The notes under the pieces: generated by a model | The model's database searches: none | Told to the model about the DNA's origin: nothing | Seen by the model: only the letters and a program-made list of their open reading frames with translations | Position numbers and translations under genes: made by a program | Shown here: piece by piece, positions 1 to 8,492 of the stretch | Numbering within the stretch: position 1 is the stretch's first letter | Layout of the letters: every line of letters starts with the position of its first letter | Source of the DNA: Alistipes sp. UBA928 | GTDB lineage: Bacteria; Bacteroidota; Bacteroidia; Bacteroidales; Rikenellaceae | DNA: 50,100 nucleotides | Assembly (NCBI GenBank): GCA_002293665.1 | Contig: DBDQ01000012.1 | Span: forward strand, 1 to 50,100 | Direction of reading: 5' to 3'

Positions 1-354
1 ATCAGGGTAACGGGCGAGGTAACGACAGCGAAACTGGATGTGCTGCGCCGCGCAGACGCTATTGTTTGTCAGGAGGTTGAACGCTCAATGCGACGAGACC
101 GGCGCCCGCAGCAATATTTCGCGGTGTTGGCCGACGTGCGCTCGGTCGGCGTGAAGGGCGACCACCGCACCTACGATCGCGTTGTGGCGGTTCGCGCCGT
201 CTCGACCGATGACTTTATGACATGCGAATACTCTCCCCTGCCCCATAAAACCCTCGGCCGGATCGCTTCGCGGATCACGGGTGAGATCAGGAATGTAAGC
301 CGCGTCGTCTACGACATCACAGGAAAGCCTCCCGCCACGGTCGAGTGGGAGTAA
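1..354 (+). CDS. guaA: GMP synthase (glutamine-hydrolysing), C-terminal fragment; the 5' part lies outside the window
   Basis: The reading frame is open from nt 1. The translated tail ...VGVKGDHRTYDRVVAVRAVSTDDFMT...DITGKPPATVEWE matches the conserved GMP synthase C-terminal dimerisation domain, which ends in the typical PPATIEWE-type motif. Confidence 0.9.
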   Translation: MRVTGEVTTAKLDVLRRADAIVCQEVERSMRRDRRPQQYFAVLADVRSVGVKGDHRTYDRVVAVRAVSTDDFMTCEYSPLPHKTLGRIASRITGEIRNVSRVVYDITGKPPATVEWE

Positions 355-385
355 TTTTGTGATCATAGCGGCGATTCTGCTTTTA

Positions 386-1246
386 TTACTCAAACACAAC
401 GGTACGGTTGCCATAAGCCAACACGCGGTGGTCGAGGATTTTGGAAACGGCGCGCGACAGCACGATCTTCTCCAGGTCCTGCCCCTTGCGCACGAGCCTG
501 TCGACCGTGTCTTTGTGAGTGATCTGCACCACATCCTGTTCTATAATAGGCCCCTCATCGAGGGCGGCTGTAACGAAGTGGCTCGTCGCGCCTATCAGTT
601 TCACCCCGCGCGCATGCGCCGCATGGTAGGGCCTCGCCCCCATGAATGCGGGCAGAAAGGAGTGATGGATGTTGACTACGGGATGGGGGTATCGTTGAAT
701 GAAGTCGTCGGATAGAACCTGCATGTAGCGCGCCAGCACCACCATGTCGATGCCGTACCCGGCGAGCAGGGCCAACACGGCCTCCTCCTGACCCGCCTTG
801 CTGTCGGGTGTGACGGGCAGGCAGCGGAACTCGACGCCAAAACGCCGCGCCACCTGTTCGAGGTCGGGGTGGTTGCTCACTATCAAAGGTATGTCGACCC
901 GCCATTCACCGGCCGCCTGGCGCGCCAGCATGTCGTAGAGGCAGTGGGGCATTTTCGAAACAAAGATCGCCATGCGCGGCCGCTCATCGCTCAGATGCAG
1001 GGTGTAGCTCACACCGTGGCGGCTGCCAAACCGGCTCTCGAACCATCCGTCCAACTCGCCGCGCGGGATGGCAAATCCAGTCATGTCCCACTCCACGCGC
1101 ATGAAAAACATGTTCTCCTCGTGGTTCACCCACTGGTCGAGGTGGAGGATGTTTCCCCCCGCCTCGTGTATTATTCCCGTCAGGCCCGCTACGAGACCCG
1201 GACGGTCGGGGCAGTGCATCGACAGGATAGCTGTGTAGTCTCTCAT
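386..1246 (-). CDS. purU: formyltetrahydrofolate deformylase
   Basis: The 286-aa ORF has an N-terminal ACT-like segment (ILSMHCPDRPGLVAGLTGII) followed by a formyltransferase core (VLARYMQVLSDDF...NIHHSFLPAF). Its start overlaps the carA stop by 4 nt (ATGA). Confidence 0.9.
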   Translation of the reverse strand: MRDYTAILSMHCPDRPGLVAGLTGIIHEAGGNILHLDQWVNHEENMFFMRVEWDMTGFAIPRGELDGWFESRFGSRHGVSYTLHLSDERPRMAIFVSKMPHCLYDMLARQAAGEWRVDIPLIVSNHPDLEQVARRFGVEFRCLPVTPDSKAGQEEAVLALLAGYGIDMVVLARYMQVLSDDFIQRYPHPVVNIHHSFLPAFMGARPYHAAHARGVKLIGATSHFVTAALDEGPIIEQDVVQITHKDTVDRLVRKGQDLEKIVLSRAVSKILDHRVLAYGNRTVVFE

Positions 1247-2331
1247 TTATTGTTATTGCACAGGGTCAGAAATTCGTCGAAAAGGTACTCGGTGTCGACC
1301 GGGCCGCTCGAAGCCTCGGGGTGGAACTGCACCGAGAAGAACGGCAGGGTGCGATGGCGAATACCCTCGCTCGTACCGTCGTTGAGGTTGGTAAAGGTGG
1401 CTTCCCAGTCGGCCGGCAGCGCGCTGGCGTCGACTGCGTAGCCATGGTTTTGCGACGTGATGAAGGCGTGGGGCGTGCCTTCGCGCAGTACGGGCTGGTT
1501 GTGGCTGCGGTGGCCATATTTCAGTTTGTAGGTGGAAATGCCCGCGGCGAGCGACAGCAACTGGTGGCCCAGACAGATGCCGAAGATCGGGCGGCCGATC
1601 GACATTGCCTTTTTCACGTGTTCCACCGTCGCGGCGCACATTGTCGGGTCGCCGGGGCCATTGCCGAGCATGAGGCCGTCGTAGTCCATCGCCGTGAAGT
1701 CGTGATCCCACGGCACGCGCACCACGGTGGCTCCGCGTGCGATGAGACAGCGGATTATGTTGTATTTGCATCCGCAGTCGACGAGTACTATGCGCGGCCC
1801 GTTGCCTTTACCGTAGTTAGTGACCTCGCGGCAGCTGACCTCGCCCACAGGGTGCTCGGGAGCCTGTTGCCTGTCGGCCGGCTCTGTCGCCCCCTCGATC
1901 TCCACGCGACCCGACATGACGCCGCGTTCGCGTATGATCTGTGTGATGCGGCGCGTGTCGACGCCGCTGATGGCCGGTACGTCGCTGCGCACAAGCCACT
2001 CGCCGAGGCTTTCGGCTGCGTTCCAGTGGCTGTATCCCGGCGTGTAGTCGGCCACTACCAGCGCGCGCGCCCAGATGCGGTCGGACTCAAAGAACCGTGG
2101 CAGACCCTCCTCGCTCACCTCAGTCGGCGGAACGCCGTAGTTGCCTATCATGGGCGACGTGGCCACCACTATCTGTCCACAGTACGACGGATCGGTGAGG
2201 CTCTCGGGATAGCCCGTCATGGCGGTGTTGAAAACCACCTCGCCGCCCACCGAGGCCGCCGCCCCGAATGAATATCCCTCAAATACCGATCCGTCCTCGA
2301 GGATCAACCTTGCTCTTCTTCTGTTCTCCAT
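1243..2331 (-). CDS. carA: carbamoyl-phosphate synthase small (glutamine amidotransferase) subunit
   Basis: The 362-aa ORF has the CarA N-terminal signature (EVVFNTAMTGYPESLTDPSYCGQIVV) and the class-I GATase motif (GICLGHQLL...HGYAV). No carB is adjacent within the window. Confidence 0.92.
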   Translation of the reverse strand: MENRRRARLILEDGSVFEGYSFGAAASVGGEVVFNTAMTGYPESLTDPSYCGQIVVATSPMIGNYGVPPTEVSEEGLPRFFESDRIWARALVVADYTPGYSHWNAAESLGEWLVRSDVPAISGVDTRRITQIIRERGVMSGRVEIEGATEPADRQQAPEHPVGEVSCREVTNYGKGNGPRIVLVDCGCKYNIIRCLIARGATVVRVPWDHDFTAMDYDGLMLGNGPGDPTMCAATVEHVKKAMSIGRPIFGICLGHQLLSLAAGISTYKLKYGHRSHNQPVLREGTPHAFITSQNHGYAVDASALPADWEATFTNLNDGTSEGIRHRTLPFFSVQFHPEASSGPVDTEYLFDEFLTLCNNNK

Positions 2332-2345
2332 AACTATTCAACCTG

Positions 2346-2353
2346 CAAAGATA
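2346..2353 (-). promoter_or_regulatory. candidate -7 promoter box (TATCTTTG on the minus strand) for carA
   Basis: Plus-strand caaagata is the reverse complement of TATCTTTG, an exact match to the Bacteroides TAnnTTTG consensus, 15 nt upstream of the carA ATG. Confidence 0.4.
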
Positions 2354-2486
2354 ATTGAAAACGGTCGGCGATTATTACTGCTCGCGTGTGAATCGCGCAC
2401 GGGCCGGGGCCTGATTGATAATTCACACCAAAATCGCCCCGGCGGCGTGAATTTATCGTCGCTCGCCGCAGGTGGGCAGATAATTT

Positions 2487-3146
2487 CTATTTCGCACGGC
2501 GGGCGAGCAGACGGTCGAGCGCCCAGATCGCGTAGCCGAGCACCGCCATGCCGAGCGTTATGAAGGCCACCCCGCGCATCATCGGGCCCCAGCCGCCCTG
2601 CACCGCCGGGTCGATGAATCCGTAGGGAAAACGGCTCCCCGTGGTGCCGATCGGGCCCGCGAAGGTCGACCTCACCAGAATGTAGCCGAAATAGCCGAGC
2701 GGCACCAACAACCAGCGCAGCGGATCGCCGGACCGGAACTTCCCTTTCGGGCTGAACAGCAGCCAATCGAGCACCACCATTGCCGGGCCCGTGTAGTGGA
2801 GCACCAGATTGTGGAAGTTGAAGAACTTCCCCTTCGCGATGTCGTCCGGAGCGAGCATCGTGGCGTAGACTATGCCGGTGACTGCGATGCAGAAGACGAA
2901 CAGCCCTTCGAGCCGGGGGTGCCACGCGAAATCCTTTGCTCCGGCCCGCAGTGCGCGCTCCGAGGCATGGTGCGACGCGGCGAAGAACACACCACAGGCG
3001 ATGTTGCTCAACAGCGTGTAGTAATTGAGAATATACCAGTCGGCGCGCCCCGCAAAGAAGCCGAGGTCGACAATGACGGCGGCGAAAGCAAGCCCTGCGA
3101 AAGCCCCTTTCCACGCGAGAGAGAATTTTAAGTTTTTTATTCGCAT
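2487..3146 (-). CDS. multi-pass integral membrane protein, possibly Pr6Pr / FAR-17a-AIG1-like family
   Basis: The 219-aa ORF has about six hydrophobic segments and a YYTLLSNI motif. The family assignment is from memory only. Confidence 0.55.
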   Translation of the reverse strand: MRIKNLKFSLAWKGAFAGLAFAAVIVDLGFFAGRADWYILNYYTLLSNIACGVFFAASHHASERALRAGAKDFAWHPRLEGLFVFCIAVTGIVYATMLAPDDIAKGKFFNFHNLVLHYTGPAMVVLDWLLFSPKGKFRSGDPLRWLLVPLGYFGYILVRSTFAGPIGTTGSRFPYGFIDPAVQGGWGPMMRGVAFITLGMAVLGYAIWALDRLLARRAK

Positions 3147-3176
3147 AATTTTTATGTACTTTTACGGTCTGAACCT

Positions 3177-3184
3177 CAAAAGTA
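3177..3184 (-). promoter_or_regulatory. candidate -7 promoter box (TACTTTTG on the minus strand) for the membrane protein gene
   Basis: Exact TAnnTTTG match on the minus strand, 31 nt upstream of the start at 3146. Confidence 0.4.
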
Positions 3185-3194
3185 TTGATTAAAT

Positions 3195-4346
3195 ATGAAA
3201 AACTTCACATTCCAAAACACAACCAAACTTATTTTCGGCAAGGGTACGATCGAAAAACTGGCCAAAGAAATCCCCTCGAATGCACGCCTGATGGTCACTT
3301 TCGGCGGCGGCAGCGTCAAAAAGAACGGCGTGTACGAACAGGTGACGCGCGCACTGGCAGGCCGCGAGTTCGTCGAATTCTGGGGCATCGAACCCAATCC
3401 CCGTGTCGAAACATTGCGCCGCGCCGTGGCCCTCGGCAAGGAGAAGAACATCGACTATCTGCTCGCCGTGGGCGGTGGTTCGGTGGCCGACGGAACTAAA
3501 CTTATCGCCGCCTCGATCCGTTGCGCCATCGACCCGTGGGAGATAGTGCTCGACGCCTCGAAGTCGAACGAGATACTCCCCTACGCCATCGTAATGACGT
3601 TGCCGGCCACGGGTTCGGAGATGAACCTCAACGCCGTGATCTCGAACGACGCGACCGACGAAAAATACGGTTTTGCCGTGAGCCACCATCCCGAGTTCTC
3701 GATACTCGATCCCGAAACTACCTTCTCGCTGCCCGACGAACAGATCGCCTATGGTATCTGCGACACCTACGTGCACGTGGCCGAACAGTATATGACCACC
3801 GCCGGACAGTCGCCGCTGATGGACAGGTGGGCCGAAGGGATACTCCTTACGCTGATCGAAACCGCACCCAAAATTCGTGCCAACAAACACGACTACAACG
3901 CGATGGCCGACTACATGCTCTCCGCGGCGATGGCGCTCAACGGCTACATCGGCCTGGGTGTGACGCAGGACTGGGCCACGCACGACATCGGCCACGAGTT
4001 GACCGCGCTGCACGGCATTTCGCACGGACAGACGCTGGCTATCGTGATGCCGGGTGTATGGCGAGTGATGAAGGCTCAAAAGATGTCTAAGTTGCTGCAA
4101 TACGGCGAGAGAGTGTGGGGTATAGTGGACGGCACCGACGCCGAGCGCGCCGAATGGGCCATAGAGCATACCGAGAAGTTCTTCCGCTCGCTGGGTCTTG
4201 CAACCCGTCTGGCCGAACTCAACGTAGGCGAGAAGACCATAGCCGAGATCGAGCGCCGTTTCACCGAGCGCGGCAACGCATGTGGCGAAGGTCGTAATAT
4301 CGACGGCAAAAAGACCGCCGAGATTCTTCGCGCCTGCGCCAAATAG
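3195..4346 (+). CDS. iron-containing (group III) alcohol dehydrogenase, YqhD / butanol dehydrogenase-like
   Basis: The 383-aa ORF has the N-terminus MKNFTFQNTTKLIFGKG, the GGGSV.DG.K nucleotide-binding motif (AVGGGSVADGTKLIA) and conserved metal-binding His residues (HDIGHELTALHGISHG). Confidence 0.88.
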   Translation: MKNFTFQNTTKLIFGKGTIEKLAKEIPSNARLMVTFGGGSVKKNGVYEQVTRALAGREFVEFWGIEPNPRVETLRRAVALGKEKNIDYLLAVGGGSVADGTKLIAASIRCAIDPWEIVLDASKSNEILPYAIVMTLPATGSEMNLNAVISNDATDEKYGFAVSHHPEFSILDPETTFSLPDEQIAYGICDTYVHVAEQYMTTAGQSPLMDRWAEGILLTLIETAPKIRANKHDYNAMADYMLSAAMALNGYIGLGVTQDWATHDIGHELTALHGISHGQTLAIVMPGVWRVMKAQKMSKLLQYGERVWGIVDGTDAERAEWAIEHTEKFFRSLGLATRLAELNVGEKTIAEIERRFTERGNACGEGRNIDGKKTAEILRACAK

Positions 4347-4367
4347 GGACAACCACACGAGGAGTTG

Positions 4368-4399
4368 AAAAAAGCAGGACACATGCGTCCTGCTTTTTT
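4368..4399. terminator. bidirectional intrinsic terminator between convergent genes (adh and nhaP2)
   Basis: The sequence is aaaaaaGCAGGACacatgcGTCCTGCtttttt: a perfect 7-bp stem (4374-4380 / 4387-4393) flanked by an A-run and a T-run. Confidence 0.75.
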
Positions 4400-5942
4400 A
4401 GCAATCTATACCGAGCTTCTTGAGGTCGGCTTTAAGTTGATCGTTGTTGTCGGTGAGGACGAGGAGCTTGTCGCCGAGCTTCAATAAAGTGCCGCCCGTG
4501 GGGACGAAGTATTCGTCCTTGCGTTTGACCATCACCACGAGTGTGCCCTCGGGAAGGGAGATGTCTTTGAGGTGCTGTCCCTTGGCGAGGAACGCCTCGC
4601 GCACCTCGATCTCCGACATGGCCGACTTAATCTTGTCCGGCAGGTCGATGCCGAAGTTGTCCTGCGGCAGCACTTTCGACAGCCCCAGCCGCTCGGCCAT
4701 GAAGCTGACCGTGGAGCCTTGGATGACGAGCGACAGGATGGTGATGAAGAACACCACGTTGAAGATCAACTCGGCCACCACGGGCGAGAACCCGTCGGCC
4801 ACGGCCACCAACGGATATGTGGCAAAGATTATCGGCACGGCGCCGCGCAGACCCACCCAGCTCACGTATCCGCGCGCCTTCCAAGTAAACCGGCGAAAAG
4901 GAGCCATGCAGGCCAGCACCGTGGCCGGACGCGCCACCACGATCATAAACAGCCCCACCATGACGCCGATCAGAGCCGTGCCCGTCGAAAATACCATGCG
5001 CGGACTCACCAACAGCCCCAGCGAGAGGAACATGATGATCTGGAACAGCCACGTGAAACCGTCGAGAAAGTTCGTAAGGGGTTTCTTGAACACCATCTTG
5101 CGGTTGCCTGCCACGAGACCAGCGATGTAGACCGCCAGATAGCCGTTGCCCTTGAGCATGTCGGTGAGCGCGAACACCATGAGCGCCATAGCCAGCAACA
5201 GTATGCCGTAGAGCGAAGTGTTGATCAGCCCTATGCGGTTGATAGTCCACACTATGAGTCGTCCGAGAAGGTAGCCCGCCGCCGCGCCCACACTCATCTG
5301 GAGCGCGAACTCACCCGCCGCATGCCACCAGTTGGGGCTCTCGCCCGGAGCCACCGTCACGAGACCCAGGAGCATCACGGTAAGGATGTAGGCCATCGGG
5401 TCGTTCGATCCACTCTCAAGCTCCAACAGCGGACGAAGGTTTTGGCGCAGTCCCTGTTTCTTGGATCGCAGTATGGAGAAGACCGACGCCGAATCGGTCG
5501 ACGACATCACGGCCGCCATGAGCAGCGACTCAAGCAGCGACAGACGGATGGCGATCAGTCCCCAGTTGAACACAAGACTCGACACCAGCCAGATGAAGAG
5601 CCCGGTGAGCATAGCCGTCATCAACACCCCGCCCGTGGCGAGGATGATCCCCGGCCCCAGCACCGGACGGATCTCGCGGAACGAAGTCTCGAAACCACCC
5701 GAAAACAAGATTATGCAGAGCGCGACGGTGCCTATGGCCTGCGCCGCCTGGGCGTTGTCGAAATTGATCCACCCGAGGCCGTCGCTGCCGAAAAGCATGC
5801 CCACAACCAGGAACAGCAACAGCGACGGTACGCCGAAACGCGACGACGCCTTGCTGGCGAAGATGCTCACCACGAGCAGGATCGCCCCGGTGAGCATAGC
5901 CAGAGAGACTATCGAGACGGGTAGGTTTGAGAGCCAGTTCAT
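4398..5942 (-). CDS. nhaP2: K+/H+ (cation/proton) antiporter, CPA1 family with a C-terminal TrkA-C domain (NhaP2-like)
   Basis: The 514-aa ORF has about 12 TM segments, a conserved LESGSNDPMA motif and a soluble C-terminal RCK_C-like tail (GTLVVMVKRKDEYFVPTGGTLLKLGDKLLVL). Confidence 0.85.
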   Translation of the reverse strand: MNWLSNLPVSIVSLAMLTGAILLVVSIFASKASSRFGVPSLLLFLVVGMLFGSDGLGWINFDNAQAAQAIGTVALCIILFSGGFETSFREIRPVLGPGIILATGGVLMTAMLTGLFIWLVSSLVFNWGLIAIRLSLLESLLMAAVMSSTDSASVFSILRSKKQGLRQNLRPLLELESGSNDPMAYILTVMLLGLVTVAPGESPNWWHAAGEFALQMSVGAAAGYLLGRLIVWTINRIGLINTSLYGILLLAMALMVFALTDMLKGNGYLAVYIAGLVAGNRKMVFKKPLTNFLDGFTWLFQIIMFLSLGLLVSPRMVFSTGTALIGVMVGLFMIVVARPATVLACMAPFRRFTWKARGYVSWVGLRGAVPIIFATYPLVAVADGFSPVVAELIFNVVFFITILSLVIQGSTVSFMAERLGLSKVLPQDNFGIDLPDKIKSAMSEIEVREAFLAKGQHLKDISLPEGTLVVMVKRKDEYFVPTGGTLLKLGDKLLVLTDNNDQLKADLKKLGIDC

Positions 5943-6709
5943 TGAGGTATGAATATATAGGTTATCGTACCGGTGTGTCGTGCCGGAGCCGAGGTGTTGA
6001 CGTCGAAACGCGAGCGGCGGGCGGCATCGAGCGCGGTCTCGTGCATGCAGAGGTTGTCGGTCGAGACGCTTTTGTCGACCGTGGCACCCACCACGTCGCC
6101 GTTATGGTTTACGGTGATCGCTACCGTCACCTCGCCCCCCGCCTCGCACCGATAGCCGGGATTATAAAGATATGCCGAGTATCGTGTGGGGTTTACGAGC
6201 GAGAAACGAATCTGCACCGTGCCGGTCGCCCTGGTGTCGGTTCTCGAATCGCGGTCGGCGTCACCTTCGTTGCCCTGCTCGTTCTCCATCGCCTCGATGC
6301 GGCGCAGACCCTCGTCCCAGGCGTTGCGGTTGCCACGCAGGTTTTCGTTGGTGCGGTCGACGGCGGAAGTGACGGCGCTCACGTCGGGTGCGCGTTCGGG
6401 GTCGGCCCCTTCGTTGCTCGCGGCGTTGCGAATGTGCCTGGCGTCGAGTTGGCTCTGGAGCATGCGGTTCTCGCGCTCGCGGCGGTCGATCTCGCGCTGA
6501 AGTTCCTCGGCGGTGCGAATGTCCACAAGGATACCGTCGGACGACTGCGGAGTGCGGATCACTATGCGCGAGCCGATAAAGAGTATGGCCATGACCATAG
6601 CCAACGCCACGATCGAAAAAACACCCGCCCGGTGGTCGTAGATCCACGTCACCGGATCGCGCCTGCGTCTCATGAAGGGCAGGATGAGTCTTTGTCTGCG
6701 ATTCTGCAT
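5939..6709 (-). CDS. TonB C-terminal-domain (TonB/TolA-like) membrane-anchored protein
   Basis: I trimmed the 387-aa track ORF to the internal ATG at 6709 (MQNRRQRL...), because the upstream part overlaps the divergent promoter region. The product has one TM anchor, a charged coiled-coil linker and a C-terminal GEVTVAITVNHNGDVVGATV...GTITYIF TonB_C-like fold. Its stop overlaps the nhaP2 start by 4 nt. Confidence 0.55.
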   Translation of the reverse strand: MQNRRQRLILPFMRRRRDPVTWIYDHRAGVFSIVALAMVMAILFIGSRIVIRTPQSSDGILVDIRTAEELQREIDRRERENRMLQSQLDARHIRNAASNEGADPERAPDVSAVTSAVDRTNENLRGNRNAWDEGLRRIEAMENEQGNEGDADRDSRTDTRATGTVQIRFSLVNPTRYSAYLYNPGYRCEAGGEVTVAITVNHNGDVVGATVDKSVSTDNLCMHETALDAARRSRFDVNTSAPARHTGTITYIFIPQ

Positions 6710-6752
6710 ATTCCGGTTACAAAAGTAACATTTTAATTTGTATATTTGCACC

Positions 6753-7700
6753 ATGTCGAAATCTACTGACGAAACCAAACCACGCAGCCGGTTCACCGCC
6801 CCGCTGTGGACGGTCGCGGCGATCGCGGCGGCGGGATTCGCACTGCAACTTGCGGGTGGAGGGTTCAATATTGCCGTACTGGCCCGGCCGGTCAACCTTT
6901 GGGCGGGCGGAGCGATAGTTCTCATAAGTGTGGCGGCGGGATTGAACGCCGGCAGCCGCGCGGTGCGGTGGTTCACCGGGGTACCGCTGGCCGTGTGTCT
7001 CATCGGGGCGTTGTGTGCGCTGGCTCTCATCATGGGTCTCACGCCGCAAGGTGCTGTTCCGGCGGGAGGACTGGCCGAGATGTCGGCGCGGCTGGGATTC
7101 AACGAGATGACTTCGTCGTGGCCCTTCGTGTTGCTCTATCTGACGCTCGTGGTGTCGTTGGGGTGTCTCGTGGCGCGGCGGTTGGCCGATTTCAGGCTCA
7201 GGGAGTGGGGATTTTATCTCAATCATATCGGGCTGCTGTTAGTGCTCTTCGCGGCGGGTTTGGGCCATGCCGATATTCAGCGATACATGATCAAGATGGA
7301 CGAAGGCGCCACCGGGCAGATGGGCTACGACGCCACGACGGGACACCCGACCGGAGTTCCCGTAGCGGTGACGCTCCATGACTTCGAGATGGAGGAGTAT
7401 CCCGCCGAATCGCCCGGAACGAAGGCTCAGCCGCGGCGTTTCGCCTCCGAGATCACTGTCACCACACCCGACGGACGCTCGGCCACGGGAGTGACCGAGG
7501 TTAACCATCCTCTGCGATTCAACGGGTGGATGGTCTACCAGTCGGGCTACGACAGCGAGGCGGGCCCGGGGTCGACGTACAGTGTTTTCGAGCTTGTGCG
7601 CGATCCGTGGCTGGGAGTTGTATATGTTGGTTTTGCGATGATCGCCGTGGGGGCTGTCGCTATGATCTGGAAAGGGAGGAGACGCGATGGATTGGAGTAG
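6753..7700 (+). CDS. ccsB: ResB/CcsB-like cytochrome c biogenesis protein (system II)
   Basis: I chose the start at the ATG at 6753 (MSKSTDE...), because an exact TAnnTTTG box (tatatttg, 6741-6748) lies just upstream, which implies a near-leaderless mRNA. The product has multiple TM segments and a C-terminal NHPLRFNGWMVYQSGYD motif typical of ResB. The gene overlaps ccsA by 14 nt. Confidence 0.72.
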   Translation: MSKSTDETKPRSRFTAPLWTVAAIAAAGFALQLAGGGFNIAVLARPVNLWAGGAIVLISVAAGLNAGSRAVRWFTGVPLAVCLIGALCALALIMGLTPQGAVPAGGLAEMSARLGFNEMTSSWPFVLLYLTLVVSLGCLVARRLADFRLREWGFYLNHIGLLLVLFAAGLGHADIQRYMIKMDEGATGQMGYDATTGHPTGVPVAVTLHDFEMEEYPAESPGTKAQPRRFASEITVTTPDGRSATGVTEVNHPLRFNGWMVYQSGYDSEAGPGSTYSVFELVRDPWLGVVYVGFAMIAVGAVAMIWKGRRRDGLE

Positions 7701-8469
7701 TTTCGCATGGTTCGCACTGCCTGCCGCAGTGCTTTGGCTTGTGGCGGGGGTAATAGTATATAAGAAGAACGATCGGTTGGCGGCGGCGTTCATGGGAACG
7801 GGGATCGCGCTGTTCGCGGCGTTCATCGTGGGATTTTGGATCACGCTCGGGAGACCTCCGATGCGTACTATGGGCGAGACGAGGCTTTGGTACTCACTCT
7901 TTTTGTCGGGCGTGGGATTCGTGTCGTGGCGGCGGTGGAGGTATCCGTGGCTGCTGAGCTACTCGGCCGTGGTGGCCACGGTGTTCGTGATGGTCAACCT
8001 GCTGAAGCCCGAGATACACTCGCGGGGACTGATGCCGGCGCTGCAAAGCGTGTGGTTCGTGCCCCACGTGACGTCGTATATCCTCTCCTACGCCATGCTG
8101 GGCGCGGCGACGATCGGGTCGGTCATCGCTCTTATGAAGATCGAGCGACGGGGGACGGTCGAGGCGAAGATCACGGGCCTTGTCGACAATCTCGTGTGGG
8201 CCGGTTTCGGGCTACTGGTGCTGGGCATGCTCATGGGAGCGGTGTGGGCCAAACAGGCTTGGGGACACTACTGGGAGTGGGACCCGAAGGAGACGTGGGC
8301 GTTGGTGACGGCACTCGCCTACCTCGCCTACATCCACCTGCGGCTCGCAGGGTCGCGCCACCTGAAAGCGGCGATGTGGCTGCTGCCCGTGGCGTTCGTG
8401 CTGTTGCTTATCACCTGGCTCGGCGTGAACTACCTCCCCTCGGCCCAGGGGAGCGTGCATGTATATTGA
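7687..8469 (+). CDS. ccsA: cytochrome c biogenesis protein CcsA (heme exporter/lyase component)
   Basis: The 260-aa ORF carries the diagnostic WWD-type motif WGHYWEWDPKETWA and flanking conserved His residues. Confidence 0.88.
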   Translation: MDWSSFAWFALPAAVLWLVAGVIVYKKNDRLAAAFMGTGIALFAAFIVGFWITLGRPPMRTMGETRLWYSLFLSGVGFVSWRRWRYPWLLSYSAVVATVFVMVNLLKPEIHSRGLMPALQSVWFVPHVTSYILSYAMLGAATIGSVIALMKIERRGTVEAKITGLVDNLVWAGFGLLVLGMLMGAVWAKQAWGHYWEWDPKETWALVTALAYLAYIHLRLAGSRHLKAAMWLLPVAFVLLLITWLGVNYLPSAQGSVHVY

Positions 8470-8492
8470 TACCTAAAACCATACCAAATTTT

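Noticed and set aside
2386-2428. 8-bp inverted repeat GTGTGAAT / ATTCACAC between the membrane protein gene and carA, considered as a possible attenuator for carA.
   Set aside because: It is equally well explained as a weak terminator for the upstream gene. The stem is short, the loop is 27 nt, and I recognised no leader peptide or known regulatory motif.
4572-5924. Long antisense or shadow ORFs overlapping well-supported genes. Examples are 4572..5924(+), 8430..9608(-), 12063..12803(-), 13182..14048(-), 14066..14977(-), 15695..16381(-), 21086..22441(+), 22571..23446(+), 25876..26670(-), 30650..31606(+), 40194..41270(+), 43634..44491(+), 45150..46424(+), 45601..46533(-) and 48528..49235(+).
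   Set aside because: Their translations are Arg/His/Gly/Pro-rich with no recognisable motifs. Each lies opposite or out of frame to a gene with clear family signatures. Long stop-free antisense frames are expected in 60-65% G+C DNA.
7836-8492. 5' extensions of track ORFs: 7836..10145 (769 aa), 20798..23230 (810 aa), 48069..50030 (653 aa), 5939..7102 (387 aa) and 43136..43537 (133 aa).
   Set aside because: The extensions overlap upstream genes or promoter elements and read as low-complexity nonsense. Internal ATGs give N-termini typical of each family: a lipoprotein signal at 8493, MADYTKDD at 23041, MKGKKIRI at 49745, MQNRRQ at 6709 and MKNTGTL at 43489.
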